Source of the DNA: Adineta vaga
Taxonomy: Eukaryota; Animalia; Rotifera
Length of the DNA stretch: 64,000 nt
Assembly (NCBI GenBank): GCA_021613535.1
Contig: CP075492.1
Coordinates: forward strand, 12,462,001 to 12,526,000
Reading direction: 5' to 3'
Position numbers and translations under genes: made by a program. Positions 11,322 to 24,631 of this stretch are shown piece by piece. The number at the start of each line of letters is the position of its first letter. Within the stretch, counting starts at the first letter, position 1. The notes under the pieces are model-generated. The model worked only from the letters and a program-made list of their open reading frames with translations. It did not search any database and was not told the origin of the DNA.

Positions 11322-12736
11322 ATCAGAAGATTGTTATCAATCAATTCAACTGAAAAGGAAACATTTCATCAGGTATCAGTGAACGATATTTATAAGTAAT
11401 CGAAGCAAAAATTTTCAAAAGCATTATTACGCATTCAACAAACAATTCTAGTTTTAAATCTTGTGTTCAGATTGATTTCTAAGATCATAAATTGATATAA
11501 ATTCTTTCTTGATATATCAAAAATCTGTTTTCATCAACATCAATCAGATGAAATTAATGTTTATGTGTTTGTTTGCTGTATTCACCTTCAATGTAACGAT
11601 TTCTATCAAAACTATAAAGCAATAAGGAATGAGTTATTTTCGAACTCATTTCTATGATTAATATCCAAAAATTTCATTCTACTAAAAACTATCGTAAGAA
11701 TTTCTTCGTTTCTCCTCTCCAGATATGAATACATTGTAATCAACTGTCTTTTTTTTCAATACCAGACAATAATATTCATCATATGATATGGACAATACAA
11801 GGTGACACTTTTTAGAATACATATCACTTTGTTAATGCATCACTCATGGTCACACGCATATCAAACTTATACAAAAAATAAATGTTCTACCCTCTCTCTC
11901 TCTCTCTGTCTCTATACATATACATATCATCAACATTGAAGACCGTTGTCAAAAGTAGTTGCCTATCTTTCTTCTTATATTCTGTTTTCTTTTCAATGTC
12001 ATTCACTAAACTTGTATGTCGTACTTGAAAAACCTAATCATCTATTTCGCTATTCGATCATTTCTATATTCTTTTTTTTCTGATTATTAATAAAGAAAGT
12101 CGAATAACTGCTTCAATTTGTATGGAACAGTTTTAGAACTCCAACAGACTGAAAAGGTAAACTAAGGCTAAAAACATAATTAACATATTTTAAAATAAAT
12201 CATCAATAATCCAATCTAACTTAGATTTATTCATTCACTTTTTCCTGTCGAAAATTTGTCAAAAACTGAGATTAGAAATTTCATTCACTAACCAATGAAT
12301 TCGTATATATGTTATAAAAACTTGACTAACGACATCTTTCAACATCTATAATCTAATTGGATTATTTTCTTAACCCAATAAAATCTCTTTATTCATTTTT
12401 GCATTCAAATATGTCAACAATTTGTTTGTTTTTATTTCTTTTTTTTTATTGAAAAATTAAAACGTGCAACTATGTCTAAACAAGTTTTTTTTATCTTTTT
12501 CTTTGAACTGAAATAATATTTTCTATGAAATAATCACACATACGTTCTCGTTTTCTTTTTTCGAGTATTTGATGTATTCATCATTGCAATGACAATCGCA
12601 GTATATTTTTCTTTTCAAGTATTCCCTTAAGGCCTTCGTTTTTTTTGTTATTTGAACAATAGAAAACAAAACATTTAGATTTACTACCTATTCATATTTC
12701 TAGATGTATATGTTGTCCTTGAATGGATAATTTATT

Positions 12737-15700
12737 ATGTCACATTCACCACCACACTATCATCTTTCGATCGTTAGTTTCGATCCGTTCGTGGGTAAAT
12801 CATGTTTATGTAAACGTTTAATTGATTCAAATCTTGATAATTATCAAACATTTTTATCGAATACAAATCCAAAAATATGGCCATGGTTTTATTGGGGTTC
12901 AATCAAACATCGACGATTAGATGAAAAACGTGAAGGAATATTTCATTTAATTGAACAAGCGTCCATTGATATTCGTAATTATGAATCATTTGAAAATTAT
13001 TGTAAACGAATATCAATATTAACATTACGAACAGATGATCGAAAAACGTTTCCAAAAGAAAAAATTCCTATTGAAGCATTTCTATGTCTCTATGATTTAT
13101 CATCGAATAAACCAGTGGCAGATTTTCTCATTTTTCTTCATACATTATTGAAAACTCGTCGTCCAATTATTCTTGTTACAACAAAAAATGATCTTGTTAC
13201 TAATCAATCGATTCTATCACTTCAATTTCAACATACAATTCATAATTCATTACCACAAATTCCAATTATACATACATCCGCACATGAACATGTGAATATT
13301 CAATCTGTCCTTGAACTTGCGTTATATGCATGTGATGAAACAACTAGAAAAGCTTTTCATACAAAATATCTTCCACCAAATTATACTGATGCTTATAAAA
13401 ATGAACAATCATTAAAACATGTTATTCAAACCGAATATCGAGCATTATTAAGTCGACATGTACCCGATTGTCGTATTGCTTTATGGGGAAAGTTTTATGA
13501 ACGATGGCAACATCATACAAGTGTTCAAACATTTATTGATATGTTCGGTAAAGAACAAGCTCAATGTTTATATAATGAACATATTGAAGAATTAACGAAG
13601 AATTCGCGACAAAAACTAATCGATGAAAGATTAATTCCAATTCTTGATATGCTTTTAAATGATCAGAAAACAAAAGTATCACGGTAAATTTTATCAATTC
13701 TTTCTTTTAAATTACTTTAATTAGTTCATATGTCATCCATCGAATGGAATTTCTTCGTCTTCTTTCGCTATGAGGGATGTTCAAGAGCCGGAAGTCAGCT
13801 TTGAAAGATCTTATGAGCTGAGAATATATTCTCAGGCTATATAGTAGTCTGATTACAAGTTAAGAATGAAAAATGTTGAAAGAAATCTATGATTCGTTTA
13901 ACAATAAAACGATATTCTCATAAAGATGATGCCGCAAGTCATACAACTATTGATGATGTAATATATCATTTGTCATAGAGAACAATATTCTCTTTTTTCT
14001 AAGCAAAGTCTAAGTATTAAAATTTCAGGAAATGGTCATTATACACTTGAAAAAGTAACAATGCTAGGATTAGTTCAGTTGTCCATTGAATGGAAATGGA
14101 AAAAAAAAGAAAAAATTCCATGTATTCTGCATGAGATGTTACAGATTCGAATAAGAAATGAAGATGTTCGATTCACTGTTATTGCATTTGGACTGTTTTT
14201 GTAGAAATTGGGATTATGCTCGTTCACAAATGCAAAAACATCCTCATTATTCTTCAACTGTGATATCGACTTCAATGTGGTCAGATTTGGAACGTAAAAA
14301 TACAACAAATTCTCTTATCATTCCTGAAGATTTATTAGATACACTTGAAGCACGTTTATGTTTTGAATCTTATATGAATAATCGTCAAATCGAACAAATT
14401 CGTCGAGTCAATTGTCGATCATTCTTTGATTTATTAAATCGATTTTCTGATGCTGGTCTTGTTCATTATGGTGATTCATATGATAAAGATTGTGTTTATT
14501 TTTTGGGTCGTGAATGTTATGAATCATTGAATGGACAAGATCGTTTACGAGTTTTTGCATTACATCAATCATATTTATATCGTTTAATATGTTTACAATT
14601 TGTTGAATTATTATTTGAATCATTGGAAATCTTTACAACAACATTTGAAAAAATGAATAAAGCAACGAAAGTACCAAAAGAAAATCATGGAAAAACAACA
14701 ATGGTAACGATTGATGAAATCTTTCAAGAGGAAATTATTGAACATATTAAACATGATCCAAGGTAAGTAATCATTCTCCTCGTCCTATGAAAAAGTAGTA
14801 ACATAATGGAACTGATCACATAGTTAGAGATACTTCAGATAAGAATGAAAAGTTATCATACTAATAAAAGAATTCAAGTATATATCTTTTAATATAGATA
14901 TCAAGCATTAAACAAACGTGAATCTGATCGTCATCGTTTAATCATGTGTCATTGTCATTTTCTGTACGATAGTATCTACTATCCATCATTGAATCTGAAT
15001 CGTTTATTAAAACAACGTCGACGTTCATTTAAACATCGAAAATCATCTTCATTGTCATTAACAAGTAATGTTAGTGTCGATGAAAATTTCTGTCCATATA
15101 CTCGAATAATGGTGTCTAATGATGATAATGAAGGAAAATCAAAGAAAAAATTAGAAATTGCTTGTCCAATGGAAAATAATTGTGCAGATATTCGAAATCT
15201 CAATGAAATTTTATTGAAATTGAAATTTAAAAATATTCAAAAGTAATTTAAGAAAAAAGAACATTTCTTGTAAAATTTCATGTAATTTTTCGTTGATTAG
15301 GAATATTTTAATTTGTGGTCATGATACTGATGTACAACATTGTCTACGTTTATATTCCGTATGTGATAATAATCGAACTATTTCAACGAAACATGTTTTT
15401 TTTTGTTCTTCAATTTTTAGAATGATTTAACCGATATTCCAGTGAATTTAATCACATTCAATACGCTTAGATCTGAAAGAATCGATGGTAAAACATTTCA
15501 CTTTGTATAAAAGTATTTATTTATTTAAGAAATTTTTTTCTTCACGATAGGTTGTCGTTTGTATCATCTAATGCTCAAAAAATCCTACGAGATATTGTTC
15601 AACAGAAAAAAATTCAGTTAAATACTGATCGTAAGTTTTATTTCCATCGAACGATAAGTATCTGATGATTGTTTTGATTCAAGATATTCCAATTGTGAAT

Positions 15701-18700
15701 CTTTACGCTCAATTTGAAGCAAATACTGTTTCAAGTGAAAGCCTTCGATCATCCATTGAACAATTTCTATCGAACGACGAATCGACAACAAAAACTTCCG
15801 AATCGAAACATCTGAGAATTCTTCTTTGTTTTATGTGTGGAAGTGATAAAAATGACGTGGAAACATTCTTTTCTCAATTGTCATCACGATTTTCTCTAAC
15901 AATTACGAATCAATCAACATTTATGATTAATACATTTCTCGGTCGATCAAATCGAAAAGTAAAACAAATCAAATCGAACGTTTAGAATTATAATTTCTTT
16001 GATATATTTTTTTGTATTAGATTGAACTAGTTCCTGTTTCATTTCATTCGTTATTTGCAATGGCATTGACGGAATTTGATGGATTTATTCTATTCTATGA
16101 TAGAGATCGAAAAGCAGCTTTGAATACTATGATGTAAGTTATATGAAAAGTTTACAGAACATAATAAGATCGTTTAATCGAAATCCTTTTGTTCTATTTA
16201 CAGGTATTTAGAGAAACATATTTCCACAGTATTACAAAATGAACTTCATGAAAAAGAACAGGATCATGAAAATACCAATGGAGTTGTCATTGTACGTCCA
16301 CCTATTTATATCTTATCATGTGTTAAAGATCCAATACTATCGAATATTAAAAAATATTCAACGAACATTCCTCAAACGGACTATTGCGTTCAATGTCATA
16401 GTGGAACGATGCGAAATTTTCTTGAATGTAAGAAGATATGAATTGAAATGGATAAATTACATTTGAATGTTTAATTTTTAGCACATTTCGTACCTTTTCT
16501 TAATCAATGTTGGACTTGTAAGCATGGAAATACGGCTATTAATGATCATTACCATTGTGAAGAACTTCTTGCTGGTGTTACATCTTATTTTGAGTAATGT
16601 TTATTTATTTTTGATTCACACACAACAAATTTGTTTTTCTTCTAGTCGTTTTACTCATTCATCTACAAATGATATAATGACATCTAGTCTTGAACGAACG
16701 CGTCCACCCTTAATCAATCAGATTAATAATGATCGAATTGTTTCCTTAACATTATCGAGTCGTTCAAATGAAAATTCTCCGAAACATTATCAATCATTAT
16801 TAACTCCAACGAATAATGAACAAAGTAACATTAATTTTTGTAAAACAAAACAATTCATTTGATATGTTTTTGTTTTGTACAAATAGTATTTTCTTATCGA
16901 TCCTTTCCACATTTATCAAATTCGTCAAATGGTGCTGACTGTACCATTGTTCCAACGACTCCTGTTGAACCATCAATACCTAATCTATCTTTTATTTCTT
17001 CATCATCAATTTCAACGACTTCCATGCCTGATTCTCAACAACAATATTTCCAAAAATCAACTAGTATGCGTTTCGCAAAACTTATGGAACATCCAAGTAA
17101 GTTGTAGAACCCTTTGGCTGCTAGTTTCGTAGTTTGTAATCGATAAAACAACTTCTATTAGTTCAAAACTAAAAAAAAGAAAGAAACAAACCTCCTATTT
17201 ATTTATTCTAGTTAATCATTTAACATTTAATGGTAATGTAGATTTCATGGTGCTTGTAATCCTTTCTTGCTTATTGTTCTGTTGTCTAAATCGTTTTTCT
17301 TTCTCACATATTATCACTCTACGATAACAAGAGAGAAAGAAGAAAATTTGTGTTGACATCTTGCTATTACTTTTACTAAATATATTCTGATAATAACAAT
17401 TTCTTTTCTGTTTAGCAAATCGAAATAGTTACCAACCGACAAGAAATAATGGAAGTGTAAGTTGAAACATACGAATATGGATATTGATTCTAGGTGAAAA
17501 TCTTTTTAGGTATTAAAAGATCAAATGATTCGTGAAGTTGATGAAATGAAATTTCCTTTATATAAGCATCGATCAGCGGCTCATGTTAAAGTACCATTAG
17601 CGACACCAGAAATAATTGAATTAAATGAAACAACAGCATGTTCAACACAAAAATGTTACAAAACATCATCTCCATTATCAGATGACCTGATCTATTCTTC
17701 TTCATCGATTGTTCATGATAGTGTTATTGAAGATTCCGTTACTGATTCATCGAAACAAACTCAAGGTAGAATCTGTTATTTACTCATCCAAATTTCTCTC
17801 TGATCAAAACGTTTATTTTATTTGATATTAGTGACTGATTCATCATTAGATAGTTCGAGTGATGAACGTTTGAAAACATCATCAACTACATTACAAAATA
17901 CAACAGTTACATTACAACGTAAAACATCTGATAGAAAAAGTAAACGTATTCGAGCGAAACAAAATGATACAACTGGTTCAGCATCGAGTAATGAAGTTTT
18001 GAAGAAACGTAAGAGAATCTTTTGTTTTTTGATTGAATTGAGAATGAAAATTGATTCTCTCGTGTTTTAGCTGGTTCGGATGATGACGTTTTGAATCGTG
18101 AAGATAAACGTAGTCAGAAAAAGAAACGTCGACCAAGTTTCAAACGACGAAAGAAAAGTATTTGTGATCAAACACAAACAGATTCTGGTATTGATTCAAG
18201 AATGGGTATGTTTTGTTTTCATTTTCAATGAAAACATATGAACAAATTTGTATTTAGATTCAAATAAAATTAATAATACTCCTGAACCATCGACAAGTAT
18301 TGTCTTATCGAATGAAGATGATTCAAGTGTTGGTGATTATATAAAGGATAGCAAAGTAAAAGAAAAGAAAACGAAAGAATAGAACTATTTGAATCGATTT
18401 TTAATTGTTTTAGAATGCATCTATTGAAGAACTTGAAGAACGACCAACTGCTAATTGGATTCGACGACAATTACAACATTTTGCTCAAGTTAGACGTGAA
18501 GTAAGATTAAAAGAGATTATTTGATGAATCGAGATAAAAATCCATTGTCACTTTGATGACAGTGAAATACATTAATCATGCGAAATTAAGTGATAACACA
18601 GACACTTCGATTTTTACAACATTAGCGATTCTATTAAAATATGTTTTTCTTTTTCTTAGAAAAGTGAAATGAAATCTCGTTCTTCAATACTCACAACTAT

Positions 18701-19518
18701 TACAACTATTTCTTCTCCTCCACTTTTCAAAGCCAATATTTCATCCACATCTCCATATTCATCTCATGATACTTCTTATCATCATGTACCGATTCGTCTG
18801 GTACTTAGTCGATGCATCTTATCGAACGAACTAAATATACCATTATTTATCGAAAAATGTGTTCTATATATTGAAGAACATGGTTTAACTATTGAAGGAC
18901 TCTATCGTATATCTGGATATAAAAATCAAGTCGAATTAGTCATCAATAAACTTAGTCAAAATCCAAATTTTGATTTAAATTCATTACAAATACCTGCAAG
19001 CGCTGTCGCAACAGCATTTAAAGATATGATGAGGAAATTAGATGAGCCAATTCTATCGTTAGAACAATTTGATGATTGTCAAACATTGACAAGTAAATAG
19101 ATAAATTTTTTACTTGATCTATTGAAAAAAAAAATCTTTACATTTCTAGCTGATCAATTACGTGAACAAAATTTTCATCCATTGCAAAAAGCTTTACTAC
19201 GCACAAGTGATTTGAAATATCGAACAAATAAATTTATATTTAAACATCTGAATTTGTAAGTTAAAGAATAATTCAATTTCAGAGGAAAAACAAACAATAC
19301 ATTGATATTTCGTTTCTAGTGTTTCTCAACATGCATCCTTAACTCATATGGATTCATCGAATTTAGCAGTATTATGGTGGCCAAATTTATTTCAACCACA
19401 ATTTCATGATCTACGCACAGCAGAACAAATTTGTCAAAAAGCTAAACCATTAATTCAAACAATAATTGATAATTATTCAATTATATTCACTTCTGAGCAA
19501 CAAAAGGAGAAAAATTAA
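12737..19518 (+). CDS. ARHGAP35: p190-type Rho GTPase-activating protein (ARHGAP35/ARHGAP5 family); multi-exon
   Basis: N-terminal GTPase-like domain (VGKSCLCKRL, WFYWG, IEQ, TKND, TSAHEHVNI), FF-like helical region, middle pseudo-GTPase-like segments, C-terminal RhoGAP with arginine finger (IPLFIEKCV...GLYRISG...MDSSNLA). Stop at 19516-19518. Confidence 0.88.
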
Positions 19519-20212
19519 ATTGAATTTTCTTCATAATTTTATTTTTGCGGTTGATTTTTCGTTCTAGTCAACAACGGGTGCTTCCGTGTTGTGATTTTAT
19601 TGTTTTCTTTTTCTTTTTCTTCTTTTATTGTTCGTTAATGGAGAATTATTGTATCCATGTGTATTTGCTAGTCGTTATCGTCTCCTCCTATTCCATACGC
19701 AAAAAACAACACGTTGTTTTCATTCTCCTTGTCACTAGAACAGTAGTTTTTGTGTTTTGTATTTTGTACATGTTTTCGGGGAAGTTTTTTTCTTCTTGTT
19801 GATTCAAACAGTATCAATGCGATTGTTGAAGGATATTAAACTAAGAATTCCAATTGAAGATGAGCCTCTATGTGCATATATGTATGGAAATTTAAATATA
19901 TATATATATATATGTGTGTGAATGTGTGTTTTGCTTGTTGTTGTCTATTTTCGATGTATCTTTTTGTTCTTCTCTTTTTCTCCTATAAAGTTTCACAAAA
20001 ATATATATATATATATACTATTCAATAAGAACCACGATTTATCTTGCGAAAAATAGACCTCTATAAGAAAAGCTAGTGGCATATTGGAAATGCATCGTTC
20101 GTTTTTATTGTGCAGTAATTAGGATGAAAAATATTTCAGTCTCGATTAAACTATTCTTCATTTGAGAAATAATAACAATCTTCTTATCTATATATCACTG
20201 TTCCGTAGAATT

Positions 20213-21115
20213 TTAATCTATTTTACGTTGTTCTGTTGTGGTTATTAATGGGCTTGATTCGCAGGAGTTATCTACTATAGTATCGGGTAATGTTTGTTCA
20301 TCAGTTTGTACGTCTGCACGAAAAGCTTTAGTATTCTCTTTAAAATTCGTACTTCCAATAGGAAATGATGCTGAATAATAAGGTTGAATAGCAGTTCTAG
20401 AACCAAAGAAACGATAAATACGCCATAAATTAACCATAATCAATGTAAAAAAATATGCTCTTGCATGTGCCTTTTGCTTTGTGCACATGTAATATACAAT
20501 AGTTGGAATCCAAACAGGAGACAATAATATAACTAATAAGAGTATTTCAATAATAACTAAAACCATAATTGGTTTATTACGTTCAATAGATGGAAGTGAT
20601 TGTAAATATTCAATATATAATGGATGAATTTTATGATGTGCTGCTCCACTACGCAGTAAACCAACATAACGAGCACTTGGTAATGCATGATGTGTTAGTA
20701 TAGATGGACTGACCTGACGAACTACTAAGGTGTAAGCTTCAATTGTTCGTCCATCATAGGCATGTACATTGACTCTATATGGAATGTATCCATTAGCATC
20801 GACTCCACTACCACCTTCAGTAGTCAGTAAATATTTAAAATCTGTATTGGTCATTTTATGTAAAATACCATGAATTTCCGATTCAGGATTTTCTTTGATA
20901 TTTCCAAAACATGGTTCAACACCTGGAATACCACGCAAATCAAATGTCAATTGCCATCCTTCCAACACACCTGGAATTGATTCTAATGGGCGAATTTTTC
21001 GTCGACCAGATAAAACTTTTGGACACATATTCGAGCCATAAGCGAAGTTATAGACATGTTCTGGATAATGAGTAGGAAATAAAGATTCAATACTCGATTG
21101 ATCAGATGTAGTCAT
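20213..21115 (-). CDS. Gamma-glutamylcyclotransferase-fold protein of GliK-like type with C-terminal membrane segment, intronless CDS, 300 aa; candidate HGT
   Basis: FAYGSNM GGCT signature, LTFDLRGIPGVEPCFGNI, IHGILH, conserved acidic TEGG motif, PSARYVGLLRSGA, then a long hydrophobic helix (IMVLVIIEILLLVILLSPVWIPTIV). Confidence 0.82.
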   Translation of the reverse strand: MTTSDQSSIESLFPTHYPEHVYNFAYGSNMCPKVLSGRRKIRPLESIPGVLEGWQLTFDLRGIPGVEPCFGNIKENPESEIHGILHKMTNTDFKYLLTTEGGSGVDANGYIPYRVNVHAYDGRTIEAYTLVVRQVSPSILTHHALPSARYVGLLRSGAAHHKIHPLYIEYLQSLPSIERNKPIMVLVIIEILLLVILLSPVWIPTIVYYMCTKQKAHARAYFFTLIMVNLWRIYRFFGSRTAIQPYYSASFPIGSTNFKENTKAFRADVQTDEQTLPDTIVDNSCESSPLITTTEQRKID

Positions 21116-21396
21116 CTAAAAATAGAAATACAGTGCTTTACATAACATTTCTTACATTTATAGAAAATAAAAGAATGACAAGGCAAAAATGTGTACTTTG
21201 TCGTACTTTGTTTCACGTGAGGGCTTGTCTTTTATACTTCTTTCCGTTCTGTCATTGATTCAACAACTGATAAATATGAAACTCAAGCTTTTTCTCTTCG
21301 CCCTTTCTGTATATAGCAGAGATTAATGAACAAAGAAAAGAGTTAGCAAAATATAAAATTGATTTTTATTTATAAAAACAATAATGATAAAAGAAA

Positions 21397-22527
21397 TTAC
21401 GTAAATATTTTGACAATGAAAAGACTGATAATAATCGTCAATATTATTGTCATAATCAGTAATAAAGTTATTGATGGTTTTTGAATTCTACGGGTTATGT
21501 TCTGTAAAGATTGTATACTAACGATGGATAATACTATTTCGACTATTTTGTAATACCAGGCTATTGTTGTCAGTTTCAATAGTAATTTATTTGAAGGAAT
21601 TGGCTGAAAACCTAATTTTTTATAAATTTGTAAACCCATCTCACTTCCTTGCAATACTATATAACGATAACCGGCTTCTTTTGCACATATCATTGCAGCA
21701 AGTGATAATGCTTTTCCTATACCTTTTCCTCTTTCAGTTTTCAATGTTGTTACATTGAATAAAGAAGCAATTCCACAAGCGAAATTAACATGGCATCCAC
21801 CAACAATACGATCATTTATTGTTGCGATAAACATTCGTATTTGTTTAGTTGGTCCAACATTAACTTTACTCCAGATATTCGAGTAGAATGGTCCATAGAT
21901 TTCAGGATTGTGAAGGCCAAAACTTTTACATAAAACATAACCCCATTCTGATTTTTTCTTCGAGCAATCATCTTGTGTTGTATCATCAAGTTCAGTTATT
22001 ATAATATCAGAACTAAGATTGATTTGTTTCAACTTTTGTTCAGTATGATAAAAATCAACATATTGAAATGAATCATTTTGAATAGGTAATTCAAAGAATG
22101 CATGATGTTTTAATAATTTCAGTGTATCAATAGCAGTTGGCTTGACTAAGATACGTATTGGACATCGATAATTTGATGCTAATGACAACATTTTCTTCAT
22201 TATTCGATCAGCATCAACTTCACGATGCGACTCTTTCAATGTGTGATAAAAGTCAGTGTCCATCGCAGCATTGTAAAAACTCCATTGTTTATTTGGTGAG
22301 AATATACAATCGATCATGTTTTCAATTCGATGAAAACGTAATGGTCTTGTATCATCTTCGATGTTGTTGTTTGTAGCAGTATATCGAGCAATGTAATTAT
22401 AAAATTCTTGTTGATTTTTACAAAATAAATCAGTCAATTCCGATGGTGCAATATTTTCTGTTAGTATTGCTGTATGAGACATTTGTTTGAATGAAACAAA
22501 ATCATGAGGAATAGACGTATTTTTCAT
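21397..22527 (-). CDS. GNAT-family N-acetyltransferase of bacterial type with C-terminal hydrophobic anchor, intronless, 376 aa; candidate HGT
   Basis: Acetyl-CoA motif A (LFNVTTLKTERGKGIGKAL) and motif B (IVLQGSEMGLQIYKKLGF); C-terminal ITLLLIMTIILTIIISLFIV helix. Confidence 0.85.
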   Translation of the reverse strand: MKNTSIPHDFVSFKQMSHTAILTENIAPSELTDLFCKNQQEFYNYIARYTATNNNIEDDTRPLRFHRIENMIDCIFSPNKQWSFYNAAMDTDFYHTLKESHREVDADRIMKKMLSLASNYRCPIRILVKPTAIDTLKLLKHHAFFELPIQNDSFQYVDFYHTEQKLKQINLSSDIIITELDDTTQDDCSKKKSEWGYVLCKSFGLHNPEIYGPFYSNIWSKVNVGPTKQIRMFIATINDRIVGGCHVNFACGIASLFNVTTLKTERGKGIGKALSLAAMICAKEAGYRYIVLQGSEMGLQIYKKLGFQPIPSNKLLLKLTTIAWYYKIVEIVLSIVSIQSLQNITRRIQKPSITLLLIMTIILTIIISLFIVKIFT

Positions 22528-23472
22528 GTATATAGTAATCTACAAACGAGAAGAAATAGCACTAAATAAATGAAATAACAGTGACGGTGGTTTGTCCTCT
22601 TGCGTTCTCACCTATAAATAATTTTTCAAGCATTGGCGTATTTTGCTTCGTCATGATTTAGATGACGTGCTCTTTTGCTTGTTAAATACATATGAAGACT
22701 CTTTATATATATAATTGACGACTCAAAATCGTCTTCTTTTTAGGAATGTCTGATTTTGAATTCTGTTATATATGTTTAGTCAAATATCATGATTGAGATT
22801 TATCTTTTCAAATCTTGCATTACAATTTCGAACATGCTGGCAACTAAATAATGATTGAGTCTATATTCTGATTGCTGATATAAATAAGCAGATGAGAAAA
22901 ACTTTCGCACACTTCTTGCTCGATTTTATACTACAAACGATTTATTCAAACCTGAAAAATTTATCTAATTCGTGTTTGTGCAGATTAAGTTCACGTTCAA
23001 ATTCTTTCAGAATGATTGGAGAGAATTTCATTTCAAACTTTACCAATAATCAATAGATTATATTTATAGACGAATGCTTTTACAATACGATAGAGACTCA
23101 TTACTCAGAGATCAGTCTGTATTGTAAGTGTAGTACTATACAATACATACAATTCTTCGTCGAAATCAGAACAGTTTTTATTGATTGGTCGCTAAGCAAT
23201 CCAATCATATTCATTGTCCTCTAAAGAAAAACTTTCGTAACTAATAGTTTAATATTAAAATCATTTGCAAATATAATTTCTAGCTAAGAAAAAATTTCTT
23301 CAATAAAATTTATAATAAACTTAAACATATTTATAAGTCAACCAATCAAAATGAATCTATACAATTGAATGTTGTTGGTTGTTTTTTTTTTAGGCACTTC
23401 ATTTTTATTTTAAAGCATATGTAAATTGATAATCTATACTTGTTCATCCTTTCTAGATCATATTAGGCAAAC

Positions 23473-24185
23473 ATGCCGCGAGTTCCGCTCGTATACAATA
23501 AGACTTATTCAACACCGCGCCGTCCATATGAAAAAGAACGTCTTGATCAAGAACTTGAACTGATTGGTAAATTCGGTTTGAGAAATAAACGTGAAGTCTG
23601 GCGTGTACGTTATACATTAGCAAAAATCCGTAAAGCTGCTCGTGAATTACTTACACTTGATGAAAAAGAACCAAAACGATTATTCGAAGGTAATGCTTTA
23701 CTTCGTCGTCTTGTTCGAATTGGTGTACTTGATGAATCAAAAATGAAACTCGATTACGTTTTGGGTTTAAAAGTCGAAGATTTTTTGGAACGTCGTCTTC
23801 AAACTCAACTCTTACGACTTGCTCTCGCTAAGAGTATTCATCATGCTCGTGTACTTATTCGTCAACGACATATTCGGTATGAATAGGAAGAGTTTAACAA
23901 AAAGATTGTCATTGGATGATTTCATTTTTTTCTAGTGTAAGAAAACAAGTGGTCAATATTCCATCATTTATTGTTCGACTTGATTCACAAAAACATATTG
24001 ACTTTGCACTTCGTTCACCATTATCCAGTGGTGGTCGTCCAGGTAAACTGAACTAAAAAAGTTTTTTTTCGTTCTTTTCTATATTGATAATTCGTATTTC
24101 TTTTGATTTATTAGGTCGTGTTAAACGAAAAAACATGAAAAAAGGAGAAAAGACTACCACTGAAGAAGATGCCGATGAAGATTAA
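23473..24185 (+). CDS. RPS9: 40S ribosomal protein S9 (uS4), 3 coding exons
   Basis: Exons 23473-23876, 23936-24042 and 24115-24185. Near-canonical sequence: [75 protein letters not shown]. Confidence 0.98.
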
Positions 24186-24631
24186 ACATTATTCAACTAA
24201 ACACACATACAACAGTTTTCAAAGACTAACATCGTTCTATTGTTTCTATTCTTGTATTGTGTGTATTATTGTTTTGTCGATTCGACTTTCATCATGAAAA
24301 AACGAAAAAAAAGAAGATTATCTATTCTCTACGCGGAGAAAGAATTGAATATCTATGCTTTCTTTTTGATCATATCAGATAAATATCATTGAACAACCAG
24401 ATTTAGAAATCTCTCTTTTCCTTTGCTTTAGCGAGATAGTCTCATATATTCCATGAAGTTATATAATTTAACTATTAGAATAGTATTATGACGACTCGAT
24501 TATTAGTTCTCAATGAATGACATGAGATCGATACTATGTGCGTAAAAATATTTTGAAATATTAGAATAGAATTGAGTAGTAGTAATGGTTTATGAAGATA
24601 ATTATCTATTTCTAATTCTAGATTAATACCA

